64,000 bases of DNA from assembly GCA_051294375.1 (NCBI GenBank), contig CM119263.1, forward strand, positions 28,107,260 through 28,171,259, written 5' to 3'. Shown here one piece after another: positions 48,501 to 64,000 of the stretch (position 1 is the stretch's first letter; the number at the start of each line of letters is the position of its first letter). A program made the translations under genes and the position numbers. The stretch comes from Paraspadella gotoi. Lineage: Eukaryota > Animalia > Chaetognatha. The notes under the pieces are model-generated. The model saw only the letters and a list, made by a program, of their open reading frames with translations, was not told the origin of the DNA and did not search any database.

Positions 48501-48810
48501 TCTTCATTTTAAAAACATATCATTTTTATATTCATAGCAAAAAATATAACAAATCAAGAAAGGTAAAAAAAAGAGTAAAAAAATAACATGTTTTTTTTCA
48601 TGAGCCAGCACCTCCACAGATAGAACAGATGCTACTGCTCTGTGATTTTTCTGGAAGCTTGTCTTCTTTTTTTTTTCTTCACGATATCCGTTGCCTTTTT
48701 CTAGTTTTTCCGGACGATGTTTGTTTTTCTCAAGATGTTTTAAGACCTCCCGCCAACTGTGGCGGTGGCGCGTCGAGCGGATAAACAAAAAAAAATCAAA
48801 GCAAACCCGA
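45600..48810 (+). repeat. Insertion-riddled direct duplicate of about 43215-45545, followed by further noisy sequence to about 50650
   Basis: 48400-48800 closely matches 45135-45540. Similarity decays leftwards but stays collinear (46012 with 43504; 45685 with 43286). Confidence 0.8.
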
Positions 48811-51800
48811 AAACCAAGATCGGTGAGATTGGATGGCTTAAGAAAATTGTAAATACAAATTCCATAGAACCGAGAACAAATGGGAATTAAATCCTCTCAC
48901 AAACTGCTACGCTTAAACTACAATGAAGTCAAGGACCTCATCCGACCTATAATACACATATTTCTTCATCACATCTACAAACCTCATAATCTTTGATTCT
49001 ACTCCTCTTTCAATCGGTACAGCTGATCTATTTAATTGTTATATTATACTATTATGAATTAGTTCTCATTGTTTCTCTTCTTTAAATTTCAATAAGAAAG
49101 GAGCACATTCGTTAAATTATGATTACTTTGCGTTATTCTCTTTTTATCTAAACTATTTTCTACAAAATCGTCCACGGGAGATATTATCATAGTTGGAGAC
49201 TATTCATTGTTAAAAACCAAGGGCATAGACGTCGTCTTCCTCAACCTCTCTCCCTTCTTCTTACTCCACCCATCCATTTTCTCTCCCCCTTCTCCATTCC
49301 TTTACCTGCTCTCGTCACACCTCCTTTCTTCCTCCCCCCCTCCTGAGAGCGAGCGTAGTACGCCCCTCCTGCGACTCGGTGAGACTCCACTTCAGGATCT
49401 CACGGAGTCGCGCGTTCATCTACCCACCTCACTCATCTCATCTACCTCACTCATAATCCATTGCGCTTCTCTCTGTTCGCGCCAATCCTACCCGATTCGC
49501 CATCAAATCTCCGGCACTCGCATCGTCCTGCTCTCTTCTCCTCATCTCCATCAAGCGGGCACTCCTACTACATTCGGGTATCTCTCACGCCTGCTACTAT
49601 CATAATCAGTCATGCTAATTACCTGATCCAATCGGAGGTAACAGTGGCAGATGAAGAAAAGAACTGGGGAGGAAGTTAGAGAGAGTAAAGAACAGGAGCA
49701 GAGAGTAGAGTAGGTTAATGAAGATGAGAGGCAGAGTTTATAGTGAGGAGGAGAGAAAGGAAGCTAGTTAGAAGCGTAGAGAAGGGAGAAGGAAGAGGTA
49801 GAAAGGTGTATCAAAGCTAATACCAAGCAAAAAACGAAAAGAGAAGAGAACCAGTTATTAATTATGACGCTGCGTATCTACGCCATCCAGAGAGTACGAG
49901 TCAGTAAATTAATACACCGTACATATAACCGTACATATGCAAAATATAAACTAAAGAAAGTAATGTAAAAATTATGAAGAGGTAAACACTTATATAATAT
50001 ATATGCGACATTCAGAACGCTCCGCCTCATACATAACGCGACATCCAAACATCTAGTAACCTTCACGGTCCAATTGTCACCACTGCATCATTTGTGCTCT
50101 CCTTGGCCAAGTCTTGAGAACATAAGTGTCATACTCTGAATAACTTCTCTCTCGATTCTTTTCCACCTAACCTTGAAATCTCCTTCGCTCTTTTGATCAC
50201 CCCATGACTACTATCTTGCGCCAACTGCATCCCAATGTAAAATTTTCGTTTTTTGTTCCTCTCTCGGCTTATATAGATTTTAAAAGAATTGCATCTTAGA
50301 GGCCCGGTCGCTAAAATAGGCTCCCTGAGAATTCGGGGTTTGTTTAAGGTATTTTTCGGGGGTGGTACTCTGTTTGTAAAACCAAATCGAAGTGGTCATA
50401 ACCAACCTTCAAATAACACGATTCGACTTAACATTCTTATGTATGTCACTCTTTCTTAACATAAGTTGTCTGCGACGAGACCCTGTATGCGCACCAGATA
50501 CTACCTGCGACCTCTGACGGCGGAACCAACCCGACAAAAAAAGCTGGCTATCCTCCTCTCTTCATCTTCTCTCAGGACATATTCTTCTCTCGGGCTCTCC
50601 GCGTCCGTCTTCATCTCTCACCTGAAAAAGGAGAATCATGTTCACGGACCCTGTCTCGCTCCGTCCACGCCTCGGTGGGCATTTTTATATATTTTATAAG
50701 CTTTGTTCTCGAATTTTCAGTGATGAATTTGTGGATCCAAATATCTACTCCCTCATGCGAGCATTTACCATAGAGAAAGGAAATTCGTATTTTTTTATAT
50801 CGGACCTCAATTTAAGACGAGGTTGGAAATTTGTTTTAAATGAATGACAGTTCACTTTCGCTTTCGTATGTGGAGGTATATTGATTAATAACTTGTCTTT
50901 CTGCTTTTAATGTTCCTTTATTCCAGCATCCTTGTCTTTACCTTCTATGCCGGTGGCCGTGGTTGGTTGTGTGTCCGGGTAAATTTTTTTGGAGGGAGTC
51001 TAGGAATAGTGTATATTTATTGGTCGGAGGGGAATTGGAGTTGGGATAGGTTAAGACAAAAGACGTCTGGTTAAAAAAAAAAAAACGTAACGATGTTCAA
51101 AAACTTTTTTGTGCTTGTTTCTCTAAAAAAGAAAAAAACCAAAAAAAAAAAAGACTCTTCTCCCCGAAAAAAAATACAAAGCAACTCGCATCGTCGGGAT
51201 TGGATACTAAAAATAACCTCTACCTTACATTTCGTCCTATCGTCGTCCGTTTTTCTTCACGTCGTCATCATCATCGTCCAATTAAAACTTGAATTCTCAA
51301 CAAATTAACATTTCGATCAATTTAAAAAAAAAAAGAGTTTAATTCCAGTAACAACAAATCCATCGCTTAACCTAATGTACAACAAATAAAGCCATTTTCG
51401 ACCTATACTTTCTTTAATTTTGATGAACCGATAGGCCAAGCTTTGACTTGTTATCGGCAAAGACTTCTCTTTTTATAGATTGCAACGGTTATTTACTTTT
51501 ACTTCTGCTCATTTCACGTTGTGTAGTTTGATATATATAATATAATTTATATCATTTATTCGGCAAATCTGCAAATTTTTTTTTCATTTCCAAGAAACCA
51601 TGTAGTATTTTTTTTTTCATGATTCTACAATTANNNNNNNNNNNNNNNNNNNNNNNNNAAGTCGGCCTCTCCCGTATTTACATTTCTTTCAACATCACAA
51701 CTCATAACTTTTTTCTTCTTTTCTTCAATTTCTTCTTTTTTTTATTATTATTATTTCTGTTTCTTTTCTTTATTGTACGTAGGATGTATTCTGCACTCAA

Positions 51801-52196
51801 ACCTAACTGATCATCACTTAACAAACAAGACTAGTCTCCTTCACGTTGGCTAACAATGAGTCTCCCAACCAAATCCTCCAAACTGTTTGCGCGAGACTGA
51901 AATCCTGGGCCAAATGATCCTCGTGTTGAGTCTCCCGACAATCCCTCATCGACAACTCGCGATCAAAACTAAAACAGAAAGTGACAGTTTCAACTGTTTA
52001 TATTTTGGCCGACGATAATTATCTTTTTTTTTTTTTGTTGACATTGAAAATATTTATTTTTTTAAAAACAGTTTGAATGTTAAAGACTTATTTATAAAAT
52101 AAAATAAAAACGAAAAGAAAAGCGAACAAGAAACTTAAAATAAGAACAAATAAATCGTTATTGTTATCAAGTTAAAAAGAGAAAACTAAAGCAATC

Positions 52197-61193
<8,997 letters not shown>

Positions 61194-61928
61194 ATTCGTC
61201 CAAAAACTTTTCAATTTAAAAAAACAATTTTTTTTTAATACTTTTTTAAACTTCTATAATGTTTTATTGTACATTATTCCTTGACTCCTCGTTCAAATCA
61301 AAATATCGCCTGGAGTCATAAAGCGTTTTTGAGCTTAGAAAATTTTAGAAGCTTTTATATTTTTTTTGGCGTGCGTTTTTTTTTTTTTTTCTTTTCTGAG
61401 GTAGAAATTTTAGAAGTTGAAACCCTCTAACTAACTGTGAAGTATCAACCCGTTTTGCAGGATACATTTCTGCCGGTAACGAATAATTGCATTCCTTCTA
61501 CGGAGATTTTGTTACGCGTTTTGTTTTCAAGTTTTATACAATGAGGTCGTTGATACTTAATCCTAACTGTTTTTCTATTGTTTTTTAATTTTAAACTCAG
61601 GTTTATTCCCGTGTTTTGATTTTTTCACAAGAATTGTACTAATATTTTCTATTTGTTATTATTTATTACTTTATTTATTGGCTAAATTTCAGCCTACTGA
61701 ATTGTGGATTGTTTAAGATAGCAATGTTGTCATTTTAATATCTTCGGATCGTTTGTTTTCATTCCAATGTTGAAATTGATTTGATTAGATTCTCGGATTC
61801 TTCCTTTCGAGGAAAATAAACAATGATCATCTAAACGAGCAAAAGGCTTCCGCGGGAAACAGCCAGACGTAAACAAAAAGAAACAAACAAAAAGAAAAGG
61901 AAACAAAAGCCAAAAATCGAAACCGAAA

Positions 61929-62577
61929 ATGAATTTGGAAGGAAAAGCTCGACATCGCAAAATCATGCGAGCGCTGAAGGAAGAGGCGACCGACCAAGAA
62001 GTTTTTCTCAAGAAGAAATACAAGAACATCATCGAGGACAATGTTAAAGACGGTGAGCACAAAAATAATATAGATATTTTTAAATTTCAATAAATAGTTT
62101 AGAAAAAAAAATTAACAATACCATGAATAAACCTATTATTCTTTTTCCCAAAATTTGGCGAATTAAAATATTTGTGATCGAGTCACAGTATCAAGGAAAA
62201 GTTACACTACTGCAATATGCAAATGATATTTAAATATCCATACTATTGAGAAAAAAGTTAGACCCAATTTAAAACGTAATTGAGTGAAAGAATGAAAGAA
62301 TTACATTATTTTTTATCTTTTTATTTAAAGGGCTCTACTCCATGGATTACATTCTGGAGCACAAGCTGTACCTCCCGGAACCACCAGGTGTGTAAGGTGA
62401 TTAGAAAAGAGGAAGGAAGAGAGAGAGAGAGAAAGAGAGAGAGAGAAAGAGAGAGAGGGATCCTCTCTAAAAAGTCCTCTCTTTTGTTGATGTTTTACTT
62501 TTTTTTCTGCTTCAGCGATCGTGGATGCTGAACTTAAAGCTTCGGGCAAAATCAAAACCATCGGGAAAGAATCCGAG
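61929..62577 (+). CDS. Start of an unidentified multi-exon gene (exons about 61929-62052, 62330-62396, 62516-62577); inverted partial copy at about 52790-53256
   Basis: ATG-initiated MNLEGKARH...KEEATDQEVF segment with GTGAG donors and AG acceptors. Frame is uncertain because the two copies differ by indels. Confidence 0.45.
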
Positions 62578-62768
62578 GTGAGAAAGAAGAAGATGACGAT
62601 GACGATGACGATGACGATGATGATGATAGTTATCCGAGCACCAATCCCTGCATCTTCCTCGTATCAGATGGACTTCGCGTTGTCGGTTCTATTCATATTT
62701 TCCGCCTTGATGGGAATGAGTGGAATCAATAAAAAGAAATGAAGATTGACTCGAAAAATATGAACTTG

Positions 62769-62875
<107 letters not shown>

Positions 62876-63165
62876 TATCAGGGCGGTCGGCCTAATTAAA
62901 AACATTTTGTTTTAAAAGGGGAGAAACGATTTTTTCTTTCGCTCGTGAATCACGACGGACGCGATTTTGTTTCTACGTAAATTTTTTTCGCCGCCTTTGT
63001 TTTTTTTGTGTTTGTTTATTATGTTTCACTGTTGTTTTTATTGTTAAATTATTGTCATTTTCTGTTAAGTTTCATATGAATTTCCGATTTTTTTTTCGTT
63101 TTTGTTGAAAACAGACTTACGATGTTCGGGAAATGCGCGCGCATTTTCAAAAGAAGGAAGAGAAA

Positions 63166-63831
63166 ATGGCGGAACTGAGGAGAAAAGGAGACAAGATGTT
63201 GGTAATTTAAGTTTAATATGTAATAAATGAATTTAATAAATAAAATAAAAACATTTAAGTATACATATTTATATAGATATAAAGTATAGATATTGATATA
63301 TGAATATTAATCTCGACTTGCTAAAAATATGCTAACGAAATTGAAGAACTAAATCTTATTTTAAATCAACCAAACGCTCACTGCATTAAAATCTTTTTCT
63401 CCATCTCCTCAGGACGACGACGTGACGTGCTTTTCTTCAACTCTTTGAAAGAGGCCAAAAGGTGAGTTCCCCAACTGATACTCACCCTTTGAGAATCCAT
63501 TTGACATTTTTCCGCGCAGATTCGTCTCTGCGACGACACGCCGTTGTACGAACCCGGCGTCGGCCGCCGGTACGCACGGTTCGATGTCGCAAGCGTCCGC
63601 GACGAAGCGATTCTCGGACCGTAAGTACAGGAACAGTAATAGACATTATTTGAGAGCGAGAACATCTTTTTAAGTTCATTATTTTTGAAAAGTAGCTATG
63701 TAGCTATGCTGATGAATTTTTTGTGTGGTCATTGTTTCTTCTTGCTGCTCCTTTCAGATTAGGGCATAAAATCGACGCTCGCGGCCGAGGAAATAATCAG
63801 GCGACACCCCGCCGTCCAGAGGAACTTACAG
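63166..63831 (+). CDS. Start of an unidentified multi-exon gene (exons about 63166-63201, 63413-63461, 63520-63620, 63759-63831), running off the window
   Basis: aaaATGGCG context and four GC-rich blocks with GT-AG boundaries. MAELRRKGDKML|DDDVTC..|IRLCDDTPLYEPGVGRRYARFDV..|..AAEEIIRRHPAVQRNLQ needs about 2 single-base corrections. Confidence 0.5.
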
Positions 63832-63854
63832 GTTAGTGAGATACTCAAAATATT

Positions 63855-63865
63855 AATCAATCAAT

Positions 63866-63915
<50 letters not shown>
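63855..63915. repeat. (ATCA)n microsatellite
   Basis: Direct reading. Confidence 0.9.
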
Positions 63916-64000
63916 TCTTAGTTAATTTTCTCGCTCCATTCATTCAACCATCCATCAATGAATCCGTCCTCCATACTCCATCTACTTATCAGTCCTCCAT

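Noticed and set aside
48900-50650. Ser/Pro/Leu-rich ORFs such as 49207-49605
   Set aside because: They lie in a noisy segment with alternating purine and pyrimidine bias, with no splice structure or motif.
61929-62577. Faint resemblance to a Tctex-1/DYNLT N-terminus (F..EEIQNII)
   Set aside because: It depends on assumed indel corrections, and the conserved C-terminal Tctex motifs are not visible.

Overview
Intron-rich animal genomic DNA with AT-rich introns, GC-richer short exons and many microsatellites. The assembly is poorly polished: it has N gaps (five are exactly 25 N), homopolymer indels, very noisy stretches, and large fold-back and direct duplications that look like amplification or long-read chimeras. 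Once the duplicates are collapsed, the real content is: (1) a 3-exon gene for a disordered NPF-motif protein ending in CCxxCAVM (13001-15126, +); (2) a FAM184A/B-like coiled-coil gene (full copy 32108-43311 on the - strand, plus two partial duplicates) with four different intron-containing tRNA-Leu(CAA) genes nested sense-strand in four of its introns; (3) a SPOP-like MATH-BTB-BACK gene (52197-61193, +, interrupted by an inverted duplicate) with two paralogous alternative C-terminal exons; (4) starts of two unidentified multi-exon genes near the right end. The most interesting signals concern splicing architecture: nested tRNAs, tandem repeats that re-copy exon ends with their 5' splice sites, a 17-bp intron-exon stem over an alternative acceptor, and complementary intron ends. 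All gene models and family calls were made by eye, without database searches.
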